Below are positions 25,217 to 32,627 of a stretch of DNA of 43,451 bases, in pieces. Below the pieces are notes generated by a model. That model made no database searches, was not told the DNA's origin, and was given only the letters and a program-made list of their open reading frames with translations. The translations under genes and the position numbers were made by a program. The stretch is from a virus, in the IMG/VR virus record IMGVR_UViG_3300049188_000023; one strand, written 5' to 3'. Every line of letters begins with the position of its first letter. Positions within the stretch are counted from its first letter, which is position 1.

Positions 25217-25248
25217 CGAGCTGCTGGCGGCTCGGGTCTACTCAGCGG
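25217..25248 (-). promoter_or_regulatory. Conserved late-operon element, copy B
   Basis: cgagctgctggcggctc + 7 nt + ctcagcgg; the 17-mer starts exactly 27 nt from the portal start codon (25189). Confidence 0.6.
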
Positions 25249-25411
25249 GCCCGGCTGCGGGGCCGGGTCGTCTTAAGCTAATTATGTCGCGCGTCTCCGG
25301 TCTGCGCTGGGCTCGCACCGTCCCCCTTCACAGCACCGGCTCTGCGCCGATTCTCTGGGGTCGCATCACGTATGGCCGCGCGACACCCTGCAGTTTATCG
25401 GGCTGGTCGCA

Positions 25412-26201
25412 TTAAGGCCACAGCGTGGTGTCGTAGAGCAAGCCGATGACGTTCGCGTCCATCTGCGTGTTGTTCTGGGTCACGATGGTGCCTCTAACCT
25501 GCGTTTCATTGCGCTCGGCCAGGGTGTTGAACGGCACCAAACCTCCGGCGATCTCGTGTCGATAGAGATTCGTACCAGCCACAAACAACGGAAAACGAAC
25601 GGCTGCGGTGCGAAGTCCCGCCGCGTTGTGGTTGATGATCGTGAAGACGCCGGATTCCGTCCCGCCTGACGCCCGCACACCAATGACGAGCGAATGCAGG
25701 TCGAGATGGTGCCCAACAGGTACGGTGTACTTGGCCTGATTCAACAGGCCCTCGGTGCCGATGTATCCCCGTGTAGCCCCGCCGCCAGCGACTCGGATCG
25801 TGAGCGTGCCAACCCCACCGCCATTACTGCCCGCCGTCGCGACCCGTCCAGCATTGATGCGCAAATGCGTGCCGGTCAGCGCAACAGCGGTTAGACCGTT
25901 GAGCGTGACGGTCTGCGTCACCTCTGCATAGCTGGAGTTCAGCGTCGTCAACACCACCGTGCGAGCGCCCGCGCGCCCTGTTGCATCGCTTGCGCTGCTG
26001 CTGACGATCTCCCACGACTCTGCCGCTGTCGGGCGCGGGATGATTCCTTCTGCCGCCCCAGATGTCCTCGGGGATGCTGGCCGTATCAACGTCGGCGTTT
26101 GTGCCGCCAAAGATCACCCGGCGCACGCCTGGGATTGCGCCGCGCAGGGCTGCGGCCATGAACTCCGCAGATCCCCGAGGATGGCGTACTACAAAATCCA
26201 T
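25412..26201 (-). pseudogene. Conserved phage protein of unknown function with a +1 frame break near 26056-26059 (about 263 aa if joined)
   Basis: Frame A starts at ATG 26201 (GGAG upstream) and reads MDFVVRHP...FGGTNADVDTASIPEDIWGG. Frame B continues AAEGIIPRPTAAESWEIVSSSASDATGRAGARTVVL... to 25412. Total length is 790 nt (3n+1), with a C4/G4 run at the junction. Confidence 0.6.
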
Positions 26202-26238
26202 TCCGGAGACTCCGCGACTGCTCATACAACCCACGAGT

Positions 26239-27612
26239 CTAACGGCGGGAGAACGGGCTGACCATGGGGATCGGCTCAACAGGGGGCGGCGCCGGACGGT
26301 TCTGCAGCTTACGCATGCCCTCGTAGACGATGGCCATGAGCCCATAAGCGTCTGAGCTATGGCTGGACCAGTCGTGTTCCGGCCCGAGGCCGATGCCGCG
26401 CTCCTGGTCGCGCTTCTCGTGATACCAGCCCAGCGCCGCACGCCCGGCTCCAGTGGCGTCATCCACAGGATTGCCGGATGCGTCCGTGCTTGGGCCATTG
26501 TTGAACCACACGTATGGGCACACGCGGCGGGCCGCCTCAATCCTGGACTTGGCAGCGCCCTTGCCCTGGTTCGGCACCACTGTCACCTCGTAGTCGGCCT
26601 GCTTGAGCGCTGAGGCATACGACACGTCGAACACCTTGTCGTGGCTGTCACCATCATGCGGGAGCCACCATTGCGCCCGTCCTGGCGTGTAGCCACGGTC
26701 CCGACACCACTTCAGGTGGGTCGATGCAGGCTGTCCCACCGCCTCATAGTGATCGAGCACCCGTATTTCCCGGCCGATGAACTGAACCGCCCACGCCGCA
26801 AAGGCGTCGGCACGCGCACCAGTGCCGCCGATGTCCGCGATCAGTCGGATCACCATGAGCGGGTCAGGTACGAGGCGGCAGATGCGACCTTCCTGCTTCG
26901 CCTTGGTCAGGTGCAGCGCATAGTAGGCGCCCTCCACCACCGTGGCGTACTCGCCCTCCCAGATGTGCCCGTACTGGTCCGGCCGGTCTCTAAGGTCGCG
27001 CAGGCGTTCGCGCTCCAGTTTGGCAGGGAACCTGGGGTTGTCGCGCCAGTTGATTTCGACAACCTTCACGCGCGGGTCGGTCGAGTTGCGGAACCGCTTC
27101 TCCACCGGCGCGGTCTTGCGCTTCGAGTTCCAGGTCACCCACAACTCGGCGTTCCAGTCCTCGCCCTCTTCGCGCAAGGTCGGGATCAGGGTAGTCCACG
27201 CATCATCTGTGACCGGCTCGGCCTCATCCACCCAGCAAATGAGGATGCGGCCCTTGGACTTGATGCTGGCGATGTTCCGGTCCAGCCCGGCGAACGAGAA
27301 CGAAATCAGCCCATCCCGGCTTCGGATGTACTTGTCGCCTACGTCGTAATACTCGGCCAGCCAGGGCTCGTCCTGGATCGCGCGCTTGCACTCTTCGAGC
27401 GACGAGTCTTCCAGGCTGTTCATGTACTGCCGGGCGCACAGTAGCTGCCCGCGCACACCAGCCGCGCCGTAGATGTAGCCACGCACGGCGATCATCTTCG
27501 CGAAGCTGCGCGTCTTCGCCGAACCGCGGCCACCATACGCGCCGCGCACGTCAGCCTCCCCGGCGAATACCGGAATCAGCTTCTTCGGCAGCTCAATCCG
27601 GCCGACCGTCAC
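26239..27612 (-). CDS. terL: Terminase large subunit
   Basis: Walker A GGRGSAKT, ...ICWVDEAE Walker B-like, C-terminal nuclease region; GTGA overlap with terS. Confidence 0.92.
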   Translation of the reverse strand: MTVGRIELPKKLIPVFAGEADVRGAYGGRGSAKTRSFAKMIAVRGYIYGAAGVRGQLLCARQYMNSLEDSSLEECKRAIQDEPWLAEYYDVGDKYIRSRDGLISFSFAGLDRNIASIKSKGRILICWVDEAEPVTDDAWTTLIPTLREEGEDWNAELWVTWNSKRKTAPVEKRFRNSTDPRVKVVEINWRDNPRFPAKLERERLRDLRDRPDQYGHIWEGEYATVVEGAYYALHLTKAKQEGRICRLVPDPLMVIRLIADIGGTGARADAFAAWAVQFIGREIRVLDHYEAVGQPASTHLKWCRDRGYTPGRAQWWLPHDGDSHDKVFDVSYASALKQADYEVTVVPNQGKGAAKSRIEAARRVCPYVWFNNGPSTDASGNPVDDATGAGRAALGWYHEKRDQERGIGLGPEHDWSSHSSDAYGLMAIVYEGMRKLQNRPAPPPVEPIPMVSPFSRR

Positions 27613-27953
27613 TTCGTCTCGCTCTCCATCGGCACCAGTTCAACCCGCGCCACCCTCACTGGGCCGCCGCCTTCGCCCACATGCTCGGTACGCGCGAGCT
27701 TTGGCGCGGCGAACTCAGCCAGCTTGGCCAGCAGATCCAAGGCCTTCGCGGGGTCCGGCTTGTTGTCGTCCGTCCCATCGCCTTCGGCCACCACCGTGAG
27801 CCAGCGCCCGACGTTCTCGGCGTTATCCTCCAGCACCCTCCTGACGGTCTCGCGGAACTCTCGGGTGACCTTGTTCGGCACGCCCTTCACGCGGCCCTTG
27901 CCGGCGTTCGGCGGCAGTCTCTTGGCAGCACCGTCCTGCACTTTGCTAGCCAT
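27609..27953 (-). CDS. terS: Terminase small subunit
   Basis: 114 aa, basic N-terminus GKGRVKGVPNKVTREFRE typical of small terminases; translationally coupled to terL. Confidence 0.7.
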   Translation of the reverse strand: MASKVQDGAAKRLPPNAGKGRVKGVPNKVTREFRETVRRVLEDNAENVGRWLTVVAEGDGTDDNKPDPAKALDLLAKLAEFAAPKLARTEHVGEGGGPVRVARVELVPMESETK

Positions 27954-28179
27954 CGCTAACCTCCGTCATCCTCGGCACCTCTGCTGCTCCATACACATGG
28001 TCGTAGCTGAGCGCCAAGCCCTTCGTGCGGGCGAATGCGATCAGCTTCTTGGCGGTGTCTGGTGGCATCGGCTGCCCTCGCTCGTAGTAGCTGATGTTCG
28101 CTTGACTGCATCCCAACTCTGTGGCCAGCACCTGCTGGGATACGCCGAGCCTTGAGCGGATGATCTGGATTGGTCTCAC
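27946..28179 (-). CDS. XRE-family HTH protein (77 aa)
   Basis: GTG start, AGGAG 5 nt upstream; IRSRLGVSQQVLATELGCSQANISYYERG. Confidence 0.8.
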   Translation of the reverse strand: MRPIQIIRSRLGVSQQVLATELGCSQANISYYERGQPMPPDTAKKLIAFARTKGLALSYDHVYGAAEVPRMTEVSDG

Positions 28180-28271
28180 CTCGGCTCCTGCTCGTCGTAG
28201 TAGTCACCCCTTGCTGCCCAGATTGCGATGCCAGCCAGCAGCAAGGCACCAGTGATCAGTAGCGCAATCAT
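28176..28271 (-). CDS. Small membrane protein (31 aa)
   Basis: MIALLITGALLLAGIAIWAARGDYYDEQEPR; ATGA and GTGA overlaps with both neighbours. Confidence 0.5.
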   Translation of the reverse strand: MIALLITGALLLAGIAIWAARGDYYDEQEPR

Positions 28272-28504
28272 CTCGTCTCCTTGATCCGCTTTGCCCATAC
28301 CTTGACTGCCTCGTGCCACTGCGGCCACTGGTCGCCAAAGGTGCTCTTGAGCGCCTGGCGGTACTGCGGTGTCAGCTCTTTCGCTCTCTCGCTTTGCCAG
28401 TAGTCCTGCCCGTGGGCTAGTTGTCGGGCTTGGCACTGCTTGCAGCTCGCTCGGAACATGCTGTGCGCTGGCCGGTGTTCGGCGTGTTCGCATGCGTCAC
28501 ACAT
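28268..28504 (-). CDS. Hypothetical Cys/His-rich protein (78 aa)
   Basis: MCDACEHAEH...CKQCQARQ; overlaps upstream gene by 8 nt. Confidence 0.6.
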   Translation of the reverse strand: MCDACEHAEHRPAHSMFRASCKQCQARQLAHGQDYWQSERAKELTPQYRQALKSTFGDQWPQWHEAVKVWAKRIKETR

Positions 28505-28901
28505 CTGTGGCCTCCTGCGCCCTTACGAACTCATCCTTGGGCACGTCGACGCTTTCCGCCATCACATGGCACGCGTACTCCCTGGGCTTTCCTCTCTCCT
28601 GGGCGTAGCGCCATGTGATTCGCGGGTCTCTGTCGTCCACGCCAAGCCAGTCGGCCACACCGTCACGCACCGATTTCGCGCCTGCTGCCAGGTTGTCGTC
28701 GTCCAGCTCTCGCGGGGCCACTCGGGTGATCGTGACGACCACAGGCCCCATGAGCCGCGGGAACACGTCCGCCTGCCGCAGGCCCGCCCACACCGTTGTG
28801 CGGTGCAGCTTGGCCCTTGCTGCGCGCTTGGCCCAGTGCTCGCGCTTGTTCGGCGTGCTCTCGATGCGCAGAGGCACCTCGATGTGGATTGCGCGGCTCA
28901 T
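28497..28901 (-). CDS. rusA: RusA-like Holliday-junction resolvase
   Basis: ESTPNKREHWAKRA...GPVVVTITR...ELDDDNLAAGAKSVRDGVADWLGVDD fits the RusA acidic-motif layout. Confidence 0.55.
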   Translation of the reverse strand: MSRAIHIEVPLRIESTPNKREHWAKRAARAKLHRTTVWAGLRQADVFPRLMGPVVVTITRVAPRELDDDNLAAGAKSVRDGVADWLGVDDRDPRITWRYAQERGKPREYACHVMAESVDVPKDEFVRAQEATDV

Positions 28902-29038
28902 GCCCTGGCTACCACGATCACTGCCGCAAAGATCACGGCCAGCCCCAGTAGCAGCCCCGCGATGACCTGCACTGCCCGGCGCTCGTTGTCCCGGTCGATG
29001 TCCGGGTTTGTCCCGATCTGTGTATTACGCGATTCCAC
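28898..29038 (-). CDS. Small membrane protein (46 aa), first gene of the leftward late operon
   Basis: Not in ORF track (<60 aa). GTG 29038 with GAGGAG 6 nt upstream; VESRNTQIGTNPDIDRDNERRAVQVIAGLLLGLAVIFAAVIVVARA; ATGA overlap with rusA-like. Confidence 0.55.
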   Translation of the reverse strand: MESRNTQIGTNPDIDRDNERRAVQVIAGLLLGLAVIFAAVIVVARA

Positions 29039-29072
29039 TTGCGTCTCCTCTATCTGTGTATTACATTAATAC
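29016..29072. promoter_or_regulatory. Divergent promoter/operator region (AT-rich)
   Basis: 13-bp direct repeat atctgtgtattac at 29016-29028 and 29052-29064; palindrome gtatta-cat-taatac at 29058-29072; lowest-GC patch of the neighbourhood. Confidence 0.55.
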
Positions 29073-29113
29073 CCATGGACAGCGCAGTGCGGTCCAGCAA
29101 CTGGGAGATGACG

Positions 29114-29410
29114 ATGAGCACAACCTACCAAGCAGCAGCATCGAAGTTCGGCACGGTCAGCCACGAGGGCCGCACCCTGGCGTTGACGCAACAGGCCTAC
29201 GCCGACAACTACGGAACCGACGGCGGCGTGCGCTACCGTGCAACGGCCATGGACGACGACAGCAACGAGTACCGCGTCGAGTGGGCAACCACGCCAGAGT
29301 GGGATGCAGCCCAGGCCGCGTATCGCGCCGACCCTGACTGCGTCGCCCATCAAGGGGACGAGTCGGAAGCCTGCGACTGGGCGAACCCTGTTGCGATCAC
29401 CTCGATCTGA
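29114..29410 (+). CDS. Hypothetical acidic protein (98 aa)
   Basis: GGGAG 6 nt upstream of ATG 29114; opposite strand to both flanking operons. Confidence 0.55.
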   Translation: MSTTYQAAASKFGTVSHEGRTLALTQQAYADNYGTDGGVRYRATAMDDDSNEYRVEWATTPEWDAAQAAYRADPDCVAHQGDESEACDWANPVAITSI

Positions 29411-29601
29411 TGAGCACCCCACGCGCAAAGCCCGGCCCGAAGCCTCGCCTTGCCCCCGAGCAGCGCGGCGAGGTGATGCCCATCCGGCTCTCTCCCGTGC
29501 GCCAGGAAACACTCCGAGTCCTCGGTGTTGCCTCTTGGCTTGCTCCGATCCTTGATGCAGAGCGGGAGCGGCTGATTCGCGAAGGGCTGCTGAAGCCATA
29601 G
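29410..29601 (+). CDS. Small putative DNA-binding protein (63 aa; RHH-like guess)
   Basis: TGATG coupling; KPGPKPRLAPEQRGEVMPIRLSPVRQETL resembles N-termini of ribbon-helix-helix or MobC-like proteins. Confidence 0.45.
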   Translation: MSTPRAKPGPKPRLAPEQRGEVMPIRLSPVRQETLRVLGVASWLAPILDAERERLIREGLLKP

Positions 29602-29802
29602 TCATTCGCTCCGCGCCGGTGGCTGACCCACTGGCGCGACGGTTGAGGGCCGAACCACCCTCACCGGCTTGAGCGGCAGGTACATCTCGTTCCCGCCGCG
29701 CTCGCACAAGCGCTCTGCCGGCCGACCCCAGCGGTCAAGCTGGTGATACCGAGCGCAGTGGTCGCGCTGGGCACACATGCCACCCATACATGCCGGGGTC
29801 AT
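29602..29802 (-). CDS. Hypothetical Cys-rich protein (66 aa), last gene of replication operon
   Basis: ATGA overlap with P-like gene; CMGGMCAQRDHCARYH...C. Confidence 0.55.
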   Translation of the reverse strand: MTPACMGGMCAQRDHCARYHQLDRWGRPAERLCERGGNEMYLPLKPVRVVRPSTVAPVGQPPARSE

Positions 29803-30437
29803 GCCGCATCCCCCTCTCGCCGCATGCCAAGCAGCCCGGCGGACACATGCGTGATCTGCGTTTTCTGCTCGTTGGTGCCAGCCAGAAGCACCCGCTTTGC
29901 ACGCTCTGGATTGCCAATCAGTACCGGCGGCTTGGCGCGGTAGCCGCGCGCAGCGTTTCCGATGTCATGCTCGCCGGCCAGCAGCGCCGGAAACGTCACG
30001 TCGCTGCGGCCTGCATAAGCCTTGTACGCATCGCAGAACCGCTTTTGCAGGTAGCCAAGCTCATCGGTGTTGCTGCGGCAGAGCTTCACCCACCCGCCCA
30101 TATCCTCGATTGCCGCGTGAATGATCCCGTCATCGAAGCAGACCGAGGTGTAGGCCCCCACCCGCTGGCAGGCATCCATGACCTTGCCCCATGCGATCAG
30201 GCTGCGATCGGTGTTCGTGCCTTGCAGCTGCCGAACGATGTCCGCAGGCTTGGGCATGAACTGGCCGCGCTCGGCGTCCATGAGGTGAGCCGACAAAGCC
30301 TTGGTCACCTGCTCGACATCGAACGTTTCGCATGCCTGAAGCCAAACGGCCACAGCGAACTTCGACAGGTCACGGCCATAGAAGTCGTGAACGCCGCTCA
30401 GGACATCCATGAACTTGGCTTTGTCAGATGGGCTCAT
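29799..30437 (-). CDS. Lambda P-like replication protein (helicase loader)
   Basis: FAVAVWLQACETFDVEQVTKALSAHLMDAERGQFMPKPADIVRQL parallels lambda P RRQWVLAFRENGITTMEQVNAGMRVARRQNRPFLPSPGQFVAWC; follows iteron-bearing gene. Confidence 0.6.
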   Translation of the reverse strand: MSPSDKAKFMDVLSGVHDFYGRDLSKFAVAVWLQACETFDVEQVTKALSAHLMDAERGQFMPKPADIVRQLQGTNTDRSLIAWGKVMDACQRVGAYTSVCFDDGIIHAAIEDMGGWVKLCRSNTDELGYLQKRFCDAYKAYAGRSDVTFPALLAGEHDIGNAARGYRAKPPVLIGNPERAKRVLLAGTNEQKTQITHVSAGLLGMRREGDAA

Positions 30438-31185
30438 TGGTCTCTCGCATGAACTCGTCAATCACCGCGCGGTTTCTGGCCTCCAGGGCTGTCTGCTTGC
30501 TGCCGCCAACTGCTGGGGGACCGCGCCCACCGCGCCACTCGATTGCGTTGCGACACCATGTGCGCCACTTCGCCTGCCAGTCGAGCGCCGTCCCGTCCTT
30601 GCCGGGCTTTGCCGCCCAGTGGTCCCGGAACTTCTCCAGCTCGGCCTGGGCAACTCCGTTGACGAGCCCCTGCTTTGCAGCGAACGCAAGGCCCGCCTCC
30701 CCTGGGTGCCAGTCGCTGGCGAGGCGCGTTCCACGCGCTATAGCAACCGAAGGTTGCCTCTGCTCTTCTCTACTCTTCTCTTCTCTTATCGGTTTCGTCT
30801 GGGTTTCATTTGGGTTAGCACTGGGTTCGCCTTGGGTTACCTGTGGGTTTTCACTGGGTTTCTTCTTCGGCCTTCCACCCTTGGCTCCGTTCTCCCAGGC
30901 AGCCAGCAGTGAGGCGTTCTTCTCTGCCCAGCCGCATACATGGATCGCTGCGCCCTGGCGCTCGATGAAGCCGGCCTCCCGCAGTGCCTGCTCGAATGCA
31001 TCCGCATCGCCAGGAAATTTGCACTGCGCCTTTAGGCCGCGGGTCGGCATGGTGAACATGTCCGACTTACGCTCCTGGCAGTGGGCCCACAAGCGCAGGA
31101 TGTACATGGGCGCCATGGGATCGCCCAGCGCATCGACCACCATGCCGGTGCGCCAGTGGTCCAAGAAGTCAGGGTCTACGATCAC
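30424..31185 (-). CDS. Replication initiator (lambda O-like role; DnaT/DnaD-type C-terminal motif)
   Basis: LASDWHPGEAGLAFAAKQGL...ELEKFRDHWAAKPGKDGTALDWQAKWRTWCRNA; internal iteron array; start uncertain (GTG 31185 or ATG 31143). Confidence 0.6.
   Translation of the reverse strand: MIVDPDFLDHWRTGMVVDALGDPMAPMYILRLWAHCQERKSDMFTMPTRGLKAQCKFPGDADAFEQALREAGFIERQGAAIHVCGWAEKNASLLAAWENGAKGGRPKKKPSENPQVTQGEPSANPNETQTKPIREEKSREEQRQPSVAIARGTRLASDWHPGEAGLAFAAKQGLVNGVAQAELEKFRDHWAAKPGKDGTALDWQAKWRTWCRNAIEWRGGRGPPAVGGSKQTALEARNRAVIDEFMRETNEPI
30743..30865. repeat. Putative origin of replication: six TGGGTT iterons at exact 11-bp phasing plus a polypyrimidine/polypurine tract
   Basis: TGGGTT at 30800, 30811, 30822, 30833, 30844, 30855 (degenerate cggttt at 30790); 34-nt pyrimidine tract 30757-30790; hairpin gcaacc-gaa-ggttgc 30743-30757. 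Confidence 0.7.
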
Positions 31186-31195
31186 TGGAAACCCG

Positions 31196-31212
31196 TGGGT
31201 TATGTTTGGGTT
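31196..31212. repeat. Two further TGGGTT iteron copies, 11 bp apart, just upstream of the initiator gene
   Basis: tgggtt at 31196 and 31207, between the stop at 31211 and candidate start GTG 31185. Confidence 0.55.
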
Positions 31213-31444
31213 ACGCGCGCTGAAGCTCGGCCACGCGACGGCGCGCAAGCGCATGCGCCGCCCCAAGCTCATCAAGGCGCCGCTTTATGGCGTCCGCATC
31301 ACGCCGCCAGCTCTCGGCCAGTGCTGGCCATCCAATGGTCTCGGCATCACGGATGTGTCGCTCTGCTGCGCGAAGCTTTTGGCGCAGGCCCTTGGTGCCT
31401 GTTGCCTTGCTGCGCAGGAAGTCGGAGGGGCGTTTGAAGGTCAT
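31211..31444 (-). CDS. Hypothetical basic protein (77 aa)
   Basis: ATGA overlap with upstream gene; internal ATG of ORF 31211..31756. Confidence 0.55.
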   Translation of the reverse strand: MTFKRPSDFLRSKATGTKGLRQKLRAAERHIRDAETIGWPALAESWRRDADAIKRRLDELGAAHALARRRVAELQRA

Positions 31445-31698
31445 GGGAACAACCTCTGCTGGCCAGCACGCTCCAACTCGCCCGCCGATGGCTGGGTCTT
31501 GCCTGCGCGTACCGGCCGGACGGCCTGCGGGTCGAAGTACGCGCGCAATGCCTTCGTCCACGCCTTGTAGGCCCAGCCTGAGCGCTGGGCGTAGGGGTAG
31601 TTCTTCGAGCACCAGCGGCGCAGTTCCGGCTTCGTCATCTCGGGATGGGCCTTGACCTGCTCTGCAAGCCACTCGGCGCTGTCGGTGGTCCAGCTCAT
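31441..31698 (-). CDS. Hypothetical protein (85 aa)
   Basis: ATGA overlaps at both ends. Confidence 0.6.
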   Translation of the reverse strand: MSWTTDSAEWLAEQVKAHPEMTKPELRRWCSKNYPYAQRSGWAYKAWTKALRAYFDPQAVRPVRAGKTQPSAGELERAGQQRLFP

Positions 31699-32045
31699 GC
31701 CGCCATCCTTTCGGCCTGCAGCTCCTCAAGCAGCGTGAAGCTCTGCCGGGTCGCAAGCCATTGCGTGATTGCCGTGTTGCCGCACACGTCCTCGAACAGC
31801 TTGATCTCCTCAGGCGGCAAATTCCGCCGATGAGGGAGGTCGTCCTGGTTCAGGTAGTCGGACACGTGCTGGCGCGTAAACCCGAAGTCACGGGCCAAGT
31901 CGGTGGGCCTCAAGCCCTTTGCTTTGCGCAGAACCCAGCACAGACGCACAACCTCTCGATAGGTGCGCACTAGGCGAAGGTGGCGTGTCGGGACGATGCA
32001 GGGGCCGTCTACTCGGCGGTACATCGGGATCTCAATTTGTTCCAT
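31695..32045 (-). CDS. HTH regulator in the CII position (116 aa)
   Basis: ATG 32045 with GGAGG 5 nt upstream; GLRPTDLARDFGFTRQHVSDYLN...CGNTAITQWLA; first gene of the replication operon. Confidence 0.55.
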   Translation of the reverse strand: MEQIEIPMYRRVDGPCIVPTRHLRLVRTYREVVRLCWVLRKAKGLRPTDLARDFGFTRQHVSDYLNQDDLPHRRNLPPEEIKLFEDVCGNTAITQWLATRQSFTLLEELQAERMAA

Positions 32046-32073
32046 GGGGGCCTCCATAGAGAAATGAAATCGG

Positions 32074-32094
32074 TGCACCGGTTGATGCACCGGT
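32074..32094. promoter_or_regulatory. Direct repeat TGCACCGGT x2 (12-bp spacing), 30-50 nt upstream of the CII-like start
   Basis: cggTGCACCGGTtgaTGCACCGGTcgc; the first copy is part of the 10-bp palindrome cggtgcaccg. Confidence 0.5.
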
Positions 32095-32169
32095 CGCAAG
32101 AGGACGAAAGTGAACACATGCGATGTGCTCAAAAACCAAACGCCTCTGGGCTGCACCCGAATCCCGCAA

Positions 32170-32185
32170 CCTCCAACGTTGGAGG
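32170..32185. promoter_or_regulatory. Perfect 16-bp palindrome CCTCCAACGTTGGAGG followed by a second hairpin
   Basis: Read directly; adjacent gcccc-ctcggtt-ggggc-ttt (32185-32204). Confidence 0.5.
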
Positions 32186-32261
32186 CCCCCTCGGTTGGGG
32201 CTTTGGGACTGGATGCAGCACAGAGGCGTCGAACACGGAGATTACCCATGTCTGACGAACG

Positions 32262-32309
32262 CAAGAAAGAAAAGACGCCCCGACCGACAGTGACGCCGGC
32301 CGGGGACGT
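32262..32309 (-). terminator. Intrinsic terminator for leftward early transcription (tR1-like)
   Basis: Minus strand reads ACG(T)CCCCGGCCG-gcgtcactgt-CGGTCGGGGCGT, a 12-bp stem with 1 bulge and 1 G-U, followed by CTTTTCTTTCTT. Confidence 0.65.
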
Positions 32310-32627
32310 TGAATCCCGCCGCCCGGGAGGAGGGGATGAAATGGCGGCGGGGACTTTCGCTCGGCTAGTGTTCCGACGCGCGATTGATGCTCTGCACCGA
32401 GAGTGGGTGCTCTCGCTTGAGATGTCAGAGTGATGGTGACGAGGGCCGGGCGCTACTCCGGCTATCCGCAGGTGCATCGGTATCGCGCAGGTTCCCTTGT
32501 AATCAGCCGAAGCCGACCGCTGCTCGCCACTCAGGACGGTTACACGCTCAGTGAGCGATCCCCGCTTGCCCTCGACTGCGTGTCTGCTTTCCACGCCGCC
32601 TCGTCGTTGATCTTTGCGGAGGCTCAC

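Noticed and set aside
25412-26110. Simple annotation of ORF 25412..26110 (TTG start) as an intact gene
   Set aside because: The TTG start has no RBS. Its first about 17 codons (AAQTPTLIRPASPRTSG) look like an off-frame translation. The overlapping frame from ATG 26201 is protein-like, has higher GC3 and starts right after terL. A frame break is therefore more plausible, though unproven.
30424-31275. Full-length 283-aa version of the initiator ORF starting at 31275/31272
   Set aside because: It would overlap the translationally coupled 31211..31444 gene by more than 60 nt. Its first 30 residues are Arg/Ser-rich shadow-frame sequence, so a start at GTG 31185 or ATG 31143 is preferred.
32248-32433. 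61-aa plus-strand ORF (MSDERKKEKTPRP...) with GGAG upstream, in the long leader
   Set aside because: Its 5' part is exactly the complement of a strong minus-strand terminator (A-rich run plus stem). GC3 is lower than in real genes and I recognise no family. I kept it only as an untested alternative.
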